Shown here: positions 28,746 through 38,580 of the stretch, piece after piece
Numbering within the stretch: position 1 is the stretch's first letter
How the letters are laid out: each line of letters opens with the position of its first letter
Source: an uncultured virus (IMG/VR IMGVR_UViG_3300027805_000001)
Lineage: Duplodnaviria > Heunggongvirae > Uroviricota > Caudoviricetes
Length of the DNA stretch: 64,000 nt
Direction: 5' to 3' (one strand)
Virus record (IMG/VR): IMGVR_UViG_3300027805_000001
Position numbers and translations under genes: made by a program
The notes under the pieces: model-generated
The model's database searches: none
The model's input: the letters and a program-made list of their open reading frames with translations, nothing else
What the model was told of the DNA's origin: nothing

Positions 28746-29375
28746 ATGACACAACCTTACACCTATCTTATCGGCTGGAGCAATCACAACAAGTGGTACT
28801 ACGGTGTGCGTTACCGCAGGGGATGCTCACCATCAGATCTTTGGGTAACCTACTTCACGAGTTCAAAACACGTGCAAAGGGCACGCACCGAACTTGGGGA
28901 ACCTGACATCGTGCAAGTCAGAAAAGTGTTTGAGAAGTCAGATGCCGCCCGGTTGAGCGAACACAGGGTTCTTAGGCGTATGAGGGTGCGTATTGATCCA
29001 CGCTTCTTGAACAGACACGACGCCCCTGCTTTCCCTTCCGAAAAGCACCCAGATCATGTAGCACTAATAGCAGAACGCTTGAGGGGAAAGAAGAGAACCG
29101 CAGAGCAAAAAGCCAGGATGTGTGGTTCTAAAGGAAAGACTTGGTCGCTGTCAGAACAGACTAAGCAGCGCCAGTCTGAAGCAAAGATTGGAAAGAAGTT
29201 CTCAGAAGAGCACCGTCAGAACATCGCGAAGGCAATGACAGGGCAAGAGCAGTCAGCAGAGACGCGCGCAAAGCGCAAGGCGAGCCTAACTGGAAAGAAG
29301 AAAAGCCCTGAACACGTCAGGGCTGTTGTCGAGGCAAAGAAGAGGAGGGCTGCCGAGCGCGCCCTCCTCGGCTAG
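28746..29375 (+). CDS. GIY-YIG (Seg-like) homing endonuclease with NUMOD3-type repeats
   Basis: YTYLIGW...KWYYGVR...YFTSSK; repeated GKK(R/F)SxE basic motifs; TAAATA at 28736. Confidence 0.85.
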   Translation: MTQPYTYLIGWSNHNKWYYGVRYRRGCSPSDLWVTYFTSSKHVQRARTELGEPDIVQVRKVFEKSDAARLSEHRVLRRMRVRIDPRFLNRHDAPAFPSEKHPDHVALIAERLRGKKRTAEQKARMCGSKGKTWSLSEQTKQRQSEAKIGKKFSEEHRQNIAKAMTGQEQSAETRAKRKASLTGKKKSPEHVRAVVEAKKRRAAERALLG

Positions 29376-30517
29376 GTGCCTGGCACCACGATTACCTCAT
29401 CCACCTCACTACCCAACCATGCGCACGTCTGAGCGAAGTACTGCTGCTTAACCGACAGCTCAGGAACTGACTTGTCACCTCTCGACGACTGCCGCTCGAT
29501 GAGGGTCGGTAGCGTGTTCCAGAACTCCACAGCCACTACCTTCATGCCGATGCTGCGTGCCGCCTGGATCCACTTTGCACGTGCCTTCTTCGAGCCGTTG
29601 GTTTTGTCGATGAAGACGCTGCGAAACGGCTGAGCCTTGAGGCTCTTCAGGCTGTCGCTAAAGGTGCGGCGTACGAACTCATCCACGTACTTCTTGAACT
29701 CTGCCTCGTGCTGGTTGCAGTACTCCCATGCCTCAGCATAAAAGCGCTTCTCATCAGGAACGGCGAAACCGAAGTTCGTGTTCGCGGTATAGAACTGCAG
29801 ACGGTGCTCGTCAAGCGACACCACGTAATCACCATCCCGCTTGTACTGCTTGGTCCACGTCGACTTGCCCGAGCCAGACGGTCCGATCAAGATGTAGCAC
29901 TTCCCACGATTGAGGTCAACCTTGTTGACAGTCAACGGTACCTTCTGGAACTCAGCGATCCACTCCTCGACGTTCTGCTTTTTGGTTGGATGGTCGTCGC
30001 TGATGCGACCCCAGCAGTCCGAGCGCAGGCAGTCGTAGAACGTCTGCACGTCCTCGCGCAGCGTATGCTCGATAGCGGTGCGCAGGTCAGAGCGCTTCTT
30101 ACCGTCCTTGAAGCCGTACGGCAGGTGGTGCTCGATGATGAAGCGGATCTTGCGAGCCTCTTCAACCGACACGAACTCGCGCAGCAGCGGGTCCTGCAGC
30201 CACCGCTCGGTGAAGGCGACGGCAGAGTCCTGCTCGTGACCAGCGTAGCGCCGATGCGTGCCCGAGCCGTCTTTCTTTTCTAGGACCTCTTCAGCTGCCG
30301 GCTTTCCCACATCATGGAACAGCAGGGCGAGCAGGGCGATCTTGTTCTGATCTGGCGACCGGTGCGGCATGAAGTGGGTCTTGTACTCCTCGAGCACCAT
30401 CTCGGTGTGCACTGCTACAGAGGATTCTCTATGCCATGGAGAGTCCTCCACCGTCTGGCTCATGCGGAACCAAGACGGCGAGTACTTGAAGAGCTTGATG
30501 TAAGAGATTGCGTCCAT
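29372..30517 (-). CDS. HD phosphohydrolase + polynucleotide kinase-like P-loop fusion
   Basis: PWHRE...HT...LFHDVGK, HH, D; then IGPSGSGKST, IDKTN; ATG 6 nt after TATAAT. Confidence 0.85.
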   Translation of the reverse strand: MDAISYIKLFKYSPSWFRMSQTVEDSPWHRESSVAVHTEMVLEEYKTHFMPHRSPDQNKIALLALLFHDVGKPAAEEVLEKKDGSGTHRRYAGHEQDSAVAFTERWLQDPLLREFVSVEEARKIRFIIEHHLPYGFKDGKKRSDLRTAIEHTLREDVQTFYDCLRSDCWGRISDDHPTKKQNVEEWIAEFQKVPLTVNKVDLNRGKCYILIGPSGSGKSTWTKQYKRDGDYVVSLDEHRLQFYTANTNFGFAVPDEKRFYAEAWEYCNQHEAEFKKYVDEFVRRTFSDSLKSLKAQPFRSVFIDKTNGSKKARAKWIQAARSIGMKVVAVEFWNTLPTLIERQSSRGDKSVPELSVKQQYFAQTCAWLGSEVDEVIVVPGT

Positions 30518-30523
30518 GATACT

Positions 30524-30573
30524 ATTATACACCATGGACCAGGGAAAAGTGTAACAATGAAGGTTGGTTACAC
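30524..30573 (-). promoter_or_regulatory. TATAAT promoter with GTGTAAC-N11-GTTACAC palindrome
   Basis: Same palindrome architecture at 32337-32361. Confidence 0.65.
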
Positions 30574-31155
30574 TTAGTCGCCGCAGAACGCAGAGCGCAG
30601 GTTGGTGAACTCCATGAACCGCTCACCCGGTTTGCTGCTCAGCGCGTAGTAGCGAACAATCAGGTTATACTGCTCACCGTGCTTCAGCCCTTCCCGCCTC
30701 AGGCAGTGCTTAGATACATACTGTCCCTCATAGCGCTGTCCTGTCTGCACGTCCTTGAGGGTGACATAGAAGTGCTTCGGTGGGTTCCAGCTCACCAGCT
30801 CGAAGCGCCGAATCTCAGTGCCGAGCTCCGTGCGGGTAGGAGACTTTGCCTTCTTCTGCCGATCGAGGTGCTCCTGCATGTTCTCGGTGACAACGTTCCA
30901 CAACGCCCCCGTAAGGTGATCCTCCACGCTTGTGGTACGCGGAACTCCGAAGGGCCAGGCCCATGCCGCGAAGAGGATGTAGGCCATGCCGACGAATGAG
31001 CCGACTGGAATCCAGTAGAACCAGCAGGCGACACGGTTATTGGGGACTAGTCCCCAGACCAGCGTGTGACCTATCAGCGCCGGAAAACCAAAGACCGCCA
31101 GCAGGCCGATCAGAGCGAGCATCTTGTAGAAGATGAAGGAGATGAAGTCGATCAT
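30574..31155 (-). CDS. membrane-anchored hypothetical protein
   Basis: Two N-terminal TM helices followed by soluble domain. Confidence 0.65.
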   Translation of the reverse strand: MIDFISFIFYKMLALIGLLAVFGFPALIGHTLVWGLVPNNRVACWFYWIPVGSFVGMAYILFAAWAWPFGVPRTTSVEDHLTGALWNVVTENMQEHLDRQKKAKSPTRTELGTEIRRFELVSWNPPKHFYVTLKDVQTGQRYEGQYVSKHCLRREGLKHGEQYNLIVRYYALSSKPGERFMEFTNLRSAFCGD

Positions 31156-31445
31156 GTTAATCAGTTGTAAGAAGAGCAAAGGCAATGCAGAAGACGCCGA
31201 TGGCGACGGAAATGGAACCGGTGCCGTATCCAATGAGCGCAGACCCAATGATCACCGATACGTTGTTGGGAAATTTTACGCTGTTGGGCAACTTCTGAGA
31301 GTCAATCATACTTCTCTCCCCTGTTGACGCTGCTTCTTGCGCCGTTCCATTTTCCACTTGGGAACGTCATCTTGCCGCTCTTCACCTCGGCGCTGTCGCT
31401 TCGTCGGGGTGAACGGGACATCCTCATCGTCTTCTCGGCGTCGCA

Positions 31446-31790
31446 TTAGTCAATCCTCGTCTGTACGCTGATCTTCATGGTGGGATAGTGCTTCTTCAGA
31501 ACCTCTACGAACGCCTGAGCACCTGCTGCCTTCGCGTCCATCCACTGGGTGGGGTTCCCTGACGGGTTCCAGATGGAGAAACCACCCTCGAAGTCGTCGG
31601 TGCGCCCGGCACCCTGGTCCTTGCACATATCGACGAAGCGGCCTCTGGCAGGTCGAATCTTGACCCACGCAAAACCGCATGGGTACCACTGACCAGGGTT
31701 TTCCAAAAGGTAGCGCCTCGTAGCAAGCTCAGCTGCAAGCTGCGCCTCGAGGAAGATGTCAAGTTCCTTCTGGTACTTGTAAGGTGTCAT
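31446..31790 (-). CDS. hypothetical phage protein
   Basis: PCGFAWV...QWMDAKAAGAQAF motif; GGAG RBS. Confidence 0.75.
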   Translation of the reverse strand: MTPYKYQKELDIFLEAQLAAELATRRYLLENPGQWYPCGFAWVKIRPARGRFVDMCKDQGAGRTDDFEGGFSIWNPSGNPTQWMDAKAAGAQAFVEVLKKHYPTMKISVQTRID

Positions 31791-31826
31791 GCGCGCTCCA
31801 GAAAAAGAAACAATGGAATGCCGAAA

Positions 31827-32282
31827 TCAGAAGTGGGGGTTTCGCTCATCGTGAACTCCGGAGATCATCCAAAATCCTCGACCAGCTTCCCTCCAACCAC
31901 CAGTTCCTTTGTACCTGATAAACTTGGTACCGGTGTCGGTAGTAATCTGCCAAGTCCGAGTAATCTTAACGATCTTGCCGCAGGGATAGCTGTCGCCGTT
32001 GAAGGACTTGGAAACTTCATCACCGATGCACGGAGCAGCAATCACTCGGTACCTTGGCCAAACCCCGTCACCTTCATCAACTGGAAGATGCGTTTCACCG
32101 GTGAAGGCCGTAAGATACGTCGCAAGGGTGATCGCATCCTCAAAGCACTTGACATTTCGGCTGGATGTCCAGCCAGAAGCTTCTTTCAGCTTTGTGGGAG
32201 ATGGGACCCACTGCGCTCCGAATCCCGGGTTCTTGTCTGCTACAGCTTTGGGAAGCCCGTTTTCAAGTAGAATGTAGAACAT
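31827..32282 (-). CDS. hypothetical phage protein
   Basis: FNGDSYPCGKI...ERNPHF; first gene after promoter at 32313. Confidence 0.75.
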   Translation of the reverse strand: MFYILLENGLPKAVADKNPGFGAQWVPSPTKLKEASGWTSSRNVKCFEDAITLATYLTAFTGETHLPVDEGDGVWPRYRVIAAPCIGDEVSKSFNGDSYPCGKIVKITRTWQITTDTGTKFIRYKGTGGWREAGRGFWMISGVHDERNPHF

Positions 32283-32312
32283 CTGGTTGCTCTAGAGCGT
32301 TGCGATGGGTAG

Positions 32313-32361
32313 ATTATACACTACTCTGCTCGCAAAGTGTAACTTTTTCTAGCTGTTACAC
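32313..32361 (-). promoter_or_regulatory. TATAAT promoter with GTGTAAC-N11-GTTACAC palindrome
   Basis: TATAAT at 32313-32318; palindrome 32337-32361. Confidence 0.65.
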
Positions 32362-32619
32362 TCTTCTTTTCGTCCATCCATACCCAGAACCATCTGGGAG
32401 TTTTCCATTTTCTACTGAGCTTACTCCATTTTTTCCTATATTTTCGTCAAGCTCAGATGAAATTACCACATGGTTGACGCCATTTTCTTTTCGTTTTCGA
32501 TGCGCAAATGCTAGCGCCTCTGTAATTTCAATGGATGAAAATGGTTTAAAATGAGATTCCTGGTAACAACCAAAAAACTCATTATCATTTTGTTCTAGCC
32601 AATAAACTATTATGCCCAT
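32356..32619 (-). CDS. hypothetical protein
   Basis: MGIIVYW...GKLPDGSGYGWTKRR; ATG 7 nt after TATAAT. Confidence 0.7.
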   Translation of the reverse strand: MGIIVYWLEQNDNEFFGCYQESHFKPFSSIEITEALAFAHRKRKENGVNHVVISSELDENIGKNGVSSVENGKLPDGSGYGWTKRRV

Positions 32620-32646
32620 AGTTGAAATTATATTCAACTATGGGCA
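32613..32646. promoter_or_regulatory. 14-bp perfect inverted repeat with TATAAT as loop
   Basis: TGCCCATAGTTGAA-ATTATA-TTCAACTATGGGCA. Confidence 0.8.
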
Positions 32647-32667
32647 AATCCTAAAATCTAGTTTAGG

Positions 32668-35646
32668 TTAGAGCGCGGCTATTATGAATGCTAGCAGCTC
32701 ATCATATCTGATACCGAGGCGAGTTCTCTGAACAGCACCCTCAAAGTATGTTGATGATGTCTCGCCATCAAGCTCATACCAAGTGTCCTCGCAGAAGATG
32801 CCGTAATGATTTGCGTCAAGACCCTGAGCCTCAAATGCCGCCTTAACCTCCTGCGCGATCACACCAACGTGGATGCGGGCTGCTGATCCCTTTGATACAA
32901 CAGCGTCCTTGAACTTGAACTTCTTGATAAGACCCTTCAGAGCAGTTGCAACCTGCAGTTCAGCGGCTGACAGCGACTCGATCTGCTCCTTCTCGTTGGC
33001 GTCAGAGGTATTGATGGTGCCGGTACCAGCGAATACCATTGACCAACGATTGCTAGAAGTTCCAAGTGTTCTTGCATTATCATTGTTTGGGCGAAGAACA
33101 CCAGCGATAGTGGTGTTGGTGGCAGTGATGATAACGTCGGTTGCAGTGTTCCCAGATCTTAGCACTTCCATCCACTTGGTCGCAGAACTGATTGCATCAT
33201 TTTGCAGCTCAAACATTATTGAGCCCGTTGTTGAGTTAACAGCTATGGTACTTGATCTATTGCCGGAGGTTGGCGAAGATGAGTACATTGCAACATATGG
33301 GAAGTTGCTGTTTTGCCCAACCATCACACTTGAGTTGGTGATGGATGCAGGGCGAGCTCCTCTGAAGCTCGCAGCAGAAGTTGCGCTCAGCGCGCCAGAA
33401 ACGGTAAGCCCTGTTGCCCCTGGCTCTAAACTAATTCCTGTTGCTTTTAGTGTCAGAACGTTAGGTGTTGTTCCTGATCTTGTTAAAGTAAAGAAATCAC
33501 CTGCAGTTGAACCGCCCCATGTATCGGTGTCCAGACGCATCCTGAACACACCAGTATCGTCATGGAAAAATGAAAGAACCTTTTCATTTGATCCTGCAGT
33601 AGCGTTTTGGAACTGCACGAATGGATTTCCATTGATAACGCCTATGTTGACAGAGTCGTTAGCTATGTTGCGAGTAACAGAAGATGTCGCAACCAGGGAA
33701 GTAGCTGACGATGACCCACCAGAACCCGCTGGTGGCGTGGCCCAAGTTCCATCCCCGCGTAGGAATGTGGTTGAGTCTGCAGTTCCAGAACCAAGTCGAG
33801 CAGTTGCAACTGTACCAGAAGAAAGGTTGCTTGCATTCAGCGAAGTTATGTTTGTTCCTGCACCAGAAAGCGTTTGCGCAGAAACAGAAGTAGCAGTAAT
33901 AGAACCAGTAGATAAAGAACCAGTAGATGCAGCCCCAGAAACGTTAAGTGATGACAGCGTTCCAATAGATGTGATATTTGGTTGCGCCGCGGTAGTCAAA
34001 GTTATGTTTCCTGGAAGATCACTCCAAGATGGTGATGTCCCAGATCCGTTTGAAGTAAGAACCTGCCCACTTGTTCCGTAGGAACTGTTGATAAGCCAAG
34101 CACCAGCAGAAGAAATTGTCAGACGCGAGGTTGCTGCCGTGTACAGAGTTAAAGAATTTGAGCCATAAATCCTAGTTGTGCCAGTTCCTAATGATTCGAT
34201 TTTTACATTCCTACCGGATGGTGCTGTAATTTCAAGATCCTTATTTGACGCGCAACGAAGATAAGCAGTGCTCGAAGATGAATTAATGGTAATGCCGGTG
34301 CCGTCAACTATTGTTTGTGATGCCGCGAACGCCCCATTTGAGCCACGCACCTGAATTTGGTTTACAGCTGTTCCAGCAGCAGGAATAGTAGAAAATGAAA
34401 CATTGGTTCCATCAGAAACTAAAACTCTGCCGGCGGCCTGCGCCGGCAGAAGAGCGTTGATTGCTGATGCTCTAGTTGTTTGACCTGTACCACCATTAGC
34501 AATTGATAGCACTCCGCCAAGCGTTAAAGTACCTGATGTGGTAATTGGCCCTCCGCTGATTGTCAGTCCTGTTGATCCTCCAGAGACGTTAATTGATGTT
34601 ACCGCACCTGAGGTAGCAGAGAACACGGTGAATGACAAGGCAGTCGTGCCAACGGTAATTGGATTAGGCGTATTAAGGGCAAATCCTTTTCCACCATTGG
34701 TGGTGCCTGACGTAACAAATGTAAATGATCCACTTACTACCTCATTAGATGGAGAACCATCAAAATCTGAGGCCCGAGACCAGGCGCCGGATGCCGCAAC
34801 GTAGACGCCATTATTGACAGCATTTGTTTGGTTCTTAACAAGAACACGCTCACCCCCAGCGAGTGCAACTCCGTCAATTGTTTGGAGCCCCGACAACGTG
34901 ATTGGTCCCGTAGTTGCAACCTCAACTGCATCAAGAATAGCAAGACCAGAAGCTACACTGTCAACATATGACTTTGACGCCGCGTGACCATCTGACAGCG
35001 GAGTAGTCGGGACAGTGACGTTATTGCTGAACGACCATGTTCCGGAAATAGTTTGATTTAATGATGCGTCAAATGATGAACCAGCATTTTCGTCAACGTA
35101 GTCCTTTGTTGCGAGATGCGCGCCAAGGGTTGGAGTTACTCCAGTTATAGCATTAGCAAACGACCAGTTGCCTGTAATTGTCTGATTGGATGTAGCGTCA
35201 AACGAACCTGGATTTGCGTCAACGTAGTCCTTGGTGGCAAGATGCGACCCTAAGACTGGTGTTGCGCCAACCACAGGCAAACTAAATTGCCATTCTCCCG
35301 TAATTGTTCTTGCCGCTGAAACATCAAATGAGTTTAGATCAACGTACTGCTTAGTTGCAAGGTGCGATGCACTTGTTGGTGTGACTCCAGATACAGTATT
35401 GCTAAATGTCCATTGGCCAGTAATAACTCTGTTTGCGGATGCGTCAAATTCTCCGCCTCCACCACCACCACCACCAGCAGCACTGGTAGATACCCAGTTC
35501 GCGCCATTATAAACATACAAGGTAGTATCTGTGGTGTTAAAAAATAGCTCTCCTATTGTGGCGTTTAACGGAAAAGTTGTACCAGATGCAATAGTTGCAT
35601 TGGTTATCTTAGCGCCTTCAATAATGGTGATATTGTCGTAGATCAT
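32668..35646 (-). CDS. tail fibre with C-terminal intramolecular chaperone (peptidase S74-like)
   Basis: Gly/Ser/Thr-rich; four HLATKxYVD-type repeats; TFLRGDGTW; C-terminal INTSDANEK...HVGVIAQ...GIRYDELLAF. Confidence 0.9.
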   Translation of the reverse strand: MIYDNITIIEGAKITNATIASGTTFPLNATIGELFFNTTDTTLYVYNGANWVSTSAAGGGGGGGGEFDASANRVITGQWTFSNTVSGVTPTSASHLATKQYVDLNSFDVSAARTITGEWQFSLPVVGATPVLGSHLATKDYVDANPGSFDATSNQTITGNWSFANAITGVTPTLGAHLATKDYVDENAGSSFDASLNQTISGTWSFSNNVTVPTTPLSDGHAASKSYVDSVASGLAILDAVEVATTGPITLSGLQTIDGVALAGGERVLVKNQTNAVNNGVYVAASGAWSRASDFDGSPSNEVVSGSFTFVTSGTTNGGKGFALNTPNPITVGTTALSFTVFSATSGAVTSINVSGGSTGLTISGGPITTSGTLTLGGVLSIANGGTGQTTRASAINALLPAQAAGRVLVSDGTNVSFSTIPAAGTAVNQIQVRGSNGAFAASQTIVDGTGITINSSSSTAYLRCASNKDLEITAPSGRNVKIESLGTGTTRIYGSNSLTLYTAATSRLTISSAGAWLINSSYGTSGQVLTSNGSGTSPSWSDLPGNITLTTAAQPNITSIGTLSSLNVSGAASTGSLSTGSITATSVSAQTLSGAGTNITSLNASNLSSGTVATARLGSGTADSTTFLRGDGTWATPPAGSGGSSSATSLVATSSVTRNIANDSVNIGVINGNPFVQFQNATAGSNEKVLSFFHDDTGVFRMRLDTDTWGGSTAGDFFTLTRSGTTPNVLTLKATGISLEPGATGLTVSGALSATSAASFRGARPASITNSSVMVGQNSNFPYVAMYSSSPTSGNRSSTIAVNSTTGSIMFELQNDAISSATKWMEVLRSGNTATDVIITATNTTIAGVLRPNNDNARTLGTSSNRWSMVFAGTGTINTSDANEKEQIESLSAAELQVATALKGLIKKFKFKDAVVSKGSAARIHVGVIAQEVKAAFEAQGLDANHYGIFCEDTWYELDGETSSTYFEGAVQRTRLGIRYDELLAFIIAAL

Positions 35647-35703
35647 GGATTTCTCCAAAATACTTGGTGGGAATAAATTCTGCTGTTATTTAGCGGCAAT
35701 CAT

Positions 35704-37230
35704 TCAAACTATGAACGGAACTGGCTCATCACCAAAAGCATCACCCGTTTCACTGGGATCAACATACTCGTTGACTCGCTTGAAGGCTTCATCATTCCAC
35801 TCCGAAATCCTCTTTAGCAACCGAATGATGCCGACCAAAGCCATTACTGTGTCGTCAGTTGCCCCCGCCTTCGCCTCGTAGGTGCCACCTTTAGCAATGA
35901 AGTTCTTTAGCTCGAAAAGCAGTTGCTCGCTGTTGATCTGCAGACCGTTGGTTGTCTTCTCTACCAGCTGCTTGAGCTGCAGACATGACAGGATTTTAGT
36001 CTTACCGGTTGTATAAATTCCAAATTTTCCCGGAACATCGCAGAAAAGCTCAGCATGCTCTGGTTGCTTCTCATCATTCTGGTAAAGGGCAGAGATGGCT
36101 TCACCAATGCCGTTACGTTCAAACGTCCAAATGACCTCTGCTCTTCCTCTGTTGCCCCACTCACTAAGCTTCAGGATGATCCACTTGAGCTTGGCGTATA
36201 GAAGAGGAATGTTAACATCATTGGTTCGGAACTCAGCGACTTGATTCAGCCCTGGAAAGTCAAAGACCTCAATGACAGAAAAGTCTCGACCACTTCCAGT
36301 TGCGGGGTCAAGCGAGATTAGATATGTCTTACCAACTCCCCCAAGTTCCTCGTCGGGAACCCAGAACTTGAAGCCCATGTCCTCGTGCGGCGGGGACTTG
36401 TATCTGAGCTGCTGTAGCTTGAGAGAGTTGATGAGTAGTGCGTCATTTGAAACAAAAACGCAGTCTAGTTCCTGCTTTACCAACAGAGGACCGAGCTTAC
36501 CTAGCATTTCTTGGTAGTATTCTTGACCTCTGTCAGGGTGTTCATACCACATTGCCTGTACCGGTTTGAATGAATTCGTACCAGCCATTGCTCCTCGCCA
36601 AATTGTGGCAAAAAGGTCGGTATCGCCATTTGGCGTAGATGTCAAGACAAATCTGCCGCCGGTTGAGAGCGCGGGCGCAAGTGATGCCCACATGGCATCC
36701 TGAATACGCTTTGATATAAACGCAATCTCATCAACCATTAGAATTGCTGGAGAGCTACCACGACCAGTTCGCTCAGATGTAGCTTCGCACTTAATCTTGG
36801 AGCCATTTTCAAATTCTATTGATGTTCGATTGAAGAACTTACAGCCGGCTTTTATCCAGTTGGGTAGTTCCTCATAGGCGTATTTGACGCGTGACATGAT
36901 TTCAACGGCATGCTCCATGTTCTTTGAAGCAATGATACAAACCTTGTCCTTGTTGAAAAGGGCAAACCATAGAATGTACATCGCAACCACTGTGGTTTTG
37001 CCTAGCTGCCTAGATGCCAGAATAACAACATCCTTATTATTGTGCACCGCATCTACAATTTTCTTTTGATACTCATAAAGAACGAATGGCACATTTCCTT
37101 TCGTTGGATGAACCACCTTTATGTGGTTCTCCATGAAGTGTATTGGATCAGTTAGACATTTCCTGATTTCAAAAATTCTTTCATGGGTGTATTCATCTAA
37201 CGAATTTGGTCTCTTGATGTTAGTTGCCAC
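35704..37230 (-). CDS. terminase large subunit (gp17-like)
   Basis: SRQLGKTT, MVDEIAF, TSTPNG, QELDC, nuclease DPATG...DDTVMAL. Confidence 0.95.
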   Translation of the reverse strand: MATNIKRPNSLDEYTHERIFEIRKCLTDPIHFMENHIKVVHPTKGNVPFVLYEYQKKIVDAVHNNKDVVILASRQLGKTTVVAMYILWFALFNKDKVCIIASKNMEHAVEIMSRVKYAYEELPNWIKAGCKFFNRTSIEFENGSKIKCEATSERTGRGSSPAILMVDEIAFISKRIQDAMWASLAPALSTGGRFVLTSTPNGDTDLFATIWRGAMAGTNSFKPVQAMWYEHPDRGQEYYQEMLGKLGPLLVKQELDCVFVSNDALLINSLKLQQLRYKSPPHEDMGFKFWVPDEELGGVGKTYLISLDPATGSGRDFSVIEVFDFPGLNQVAEFRTNDVNIPLLYAKLKWIILKLSEWGNRGRAEVIWTFERNGIGEAISALYQNDEKQPEHAELFCDVPGKFGIYTTGKTKILSCLQLKQLVEKTTNGLQINSEQLLFELKNFIAKGGTYEAKAGATDDTVMALVGIIRLLKRISEWNDEAFKRVNEYVDPSETGDAFGDEPVPFIV

Positions 37231-37960
37231 GTTTTATTCCTCTTAGACTTAATTTTCCACGGCACCATCCAGGTGGTTGTTCTCCAAGAACACACATTAT
37301 CTGTTCTAATGTTTCTGGATTGAACCACCAAGTTTTACCAGCACTGCCAGCTTTTCCTTTTAGGCGGGGGTCCCCAAGAGTAGAATTAGGTAGAGCAATT
37401 TTGCTGATAACTACTTGTCCATCTTCTGTCACGTAGGTTTTTGAATTTTTGTTGGGAGCTGTTCTACCTTGTGCCTTAAGCTTTATGCGTAGGCGAGTGG
37501 TTTCTGAACGTTTCATTCCGAGATGTTTTGCAGCGGTTTTTGCTATTTTTTCTGGATTTTTGTTGATCTTATTGACGTGTTCCTGAGTTTTCTTTTTTCC
37601 AGAGAGAGATCGTGAAATTTTCGCGCAGTGCTCATTAGTACGAAGTGCACCAATTGCACCTTCACCCCCATCTGTCAAGTTTAACAGAGGTCCTTTTCCT
37701 TGGTCTTTTCTACCTATTTTTGTAATAGTGCTCTTTTCAAGCGAAAATGCAACATCCTCGGATAACCCTTCTGACAGCCTTGTTATGATCGGATCAATTC
37801 CAGCACTTCTCATTTGGCGAAGTCTATATGTTAATGGGTGATGATCAGTTCTAGTAAGGTGATCCTTTTCTCTATTGTTGCACCCTTTACCAACATAAAA
37901 CACCTCATTTCTAGATGGATCAAAATAGGTGTACACATAGAATTTTGCTTCAGTCTTCAT
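37220..37960 (-). CDS. GIY-YIG homing endonuclease
   Basis: FYVY...FYVGKG...R...E...LLNLTDGGEG plus NUMOD-like tail. Confidence 0.88.
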   Translation of the reverse strand: MKTEAKFYVYTYFDPSRNEVFYVGKGCNNREKDHLTRTDHHPLTYRLRQMRSAGIDPIITRLSEGLSEDVAFSLEKSTITKIGRKDQGKGPLLNLTDGGEGAIGALRTNEHCAKISRSLSGKKKTQEHVNKINKNPEKIAKTAAKHLGMKRSETTRLRIKLKAQGRTAPNKNSKTYVTEDGQVVISKIALPNSTLGDPRLKGKAGSAGKTWWFNPETLEQIMCVLGEQPPGWCRGKLSLRGIKRGN

Positions 37961-38544
37961 GCGTGTTCGTCATCAAAAAGAAAGTCTGCAATAAGCTTAA
38001 CTGTGCGTTCATGCAGCAGTACCTCAAAGTGGTTAGCTTTGACCTCGCACTTTTTTCCAAATGGTAAAGCTCTTTGGCTGCTTACCGTAACTATGCTGTC
38101 ATTTGGTTCAGGCGAGGTTGGTAACGAACCACCTGTAGAATAGATACACAGAGTTGGATTTGAAAGCTTGAGCTGACTGATGAGCTCAATCTTTGGCGAA
38201 GTAGGTGTTATGTCGTGAAGCATCTTCGGATAACCAGGTATCCACCTAAGCGTTGTCGCGGCCCGTGAACCACCAAGAGGCGAAGAAATAGTTACAAGCC
38301 CATCAACTCTATCATGGTGCTCGGCTGCCATTAAGACAGAGATAATTCCACCTAGTGAATGACCAATCAGACAAAACCGACCCTTTGGCAGCTGGCGCCT
38401 AACCTCATCCATGCTGTCACGGATAGGCTGGTGGCTGCTGTAGCTGATAGGCACAATCGTGTGAGTTGGTAGCTTAGACTGCAGGTAGTTAAATGAGCGA
38501 TGGCTTGAGTTGAAACCGTGAACGTACGCGATCTGCATCTTCAT
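37957..38544 (-). CDS. alpha/beta hydrolase
   Basis: HGFNSS, GHSLGG nucleophile elbow, NDSIV, NHFEV. Confidence 0.88.
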   Translation of the reverse strand: MKMQIAYVHGFNSSHRSFNYLQSKLPTHTIVPISYSSHQPIRDSMDEVRRQLPKGRFCLIGHSLGGIISVLMAAEHHDRVDGLVTISSPLGGSRAATTLRWIPGYPKMLHDITPTSPKIELISQLKLSNPTLCIYSTGGSLPTSPEPNDSIVTVSSQRALPFGKKCEVKANHFEVLLHERTVKLIADFLFDDEHA

Positions 38545-38580
38545 TTCCTTATTGATGTAGTATTTACAGCCTACAGGCGC

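Noticed and set aside
18232..37230. Introns or inteins in nrdA, nrdB, uvsX, uvsW or terminase
   Set aside because: All have normal length and continuous motifs; endonucleases are free-standing
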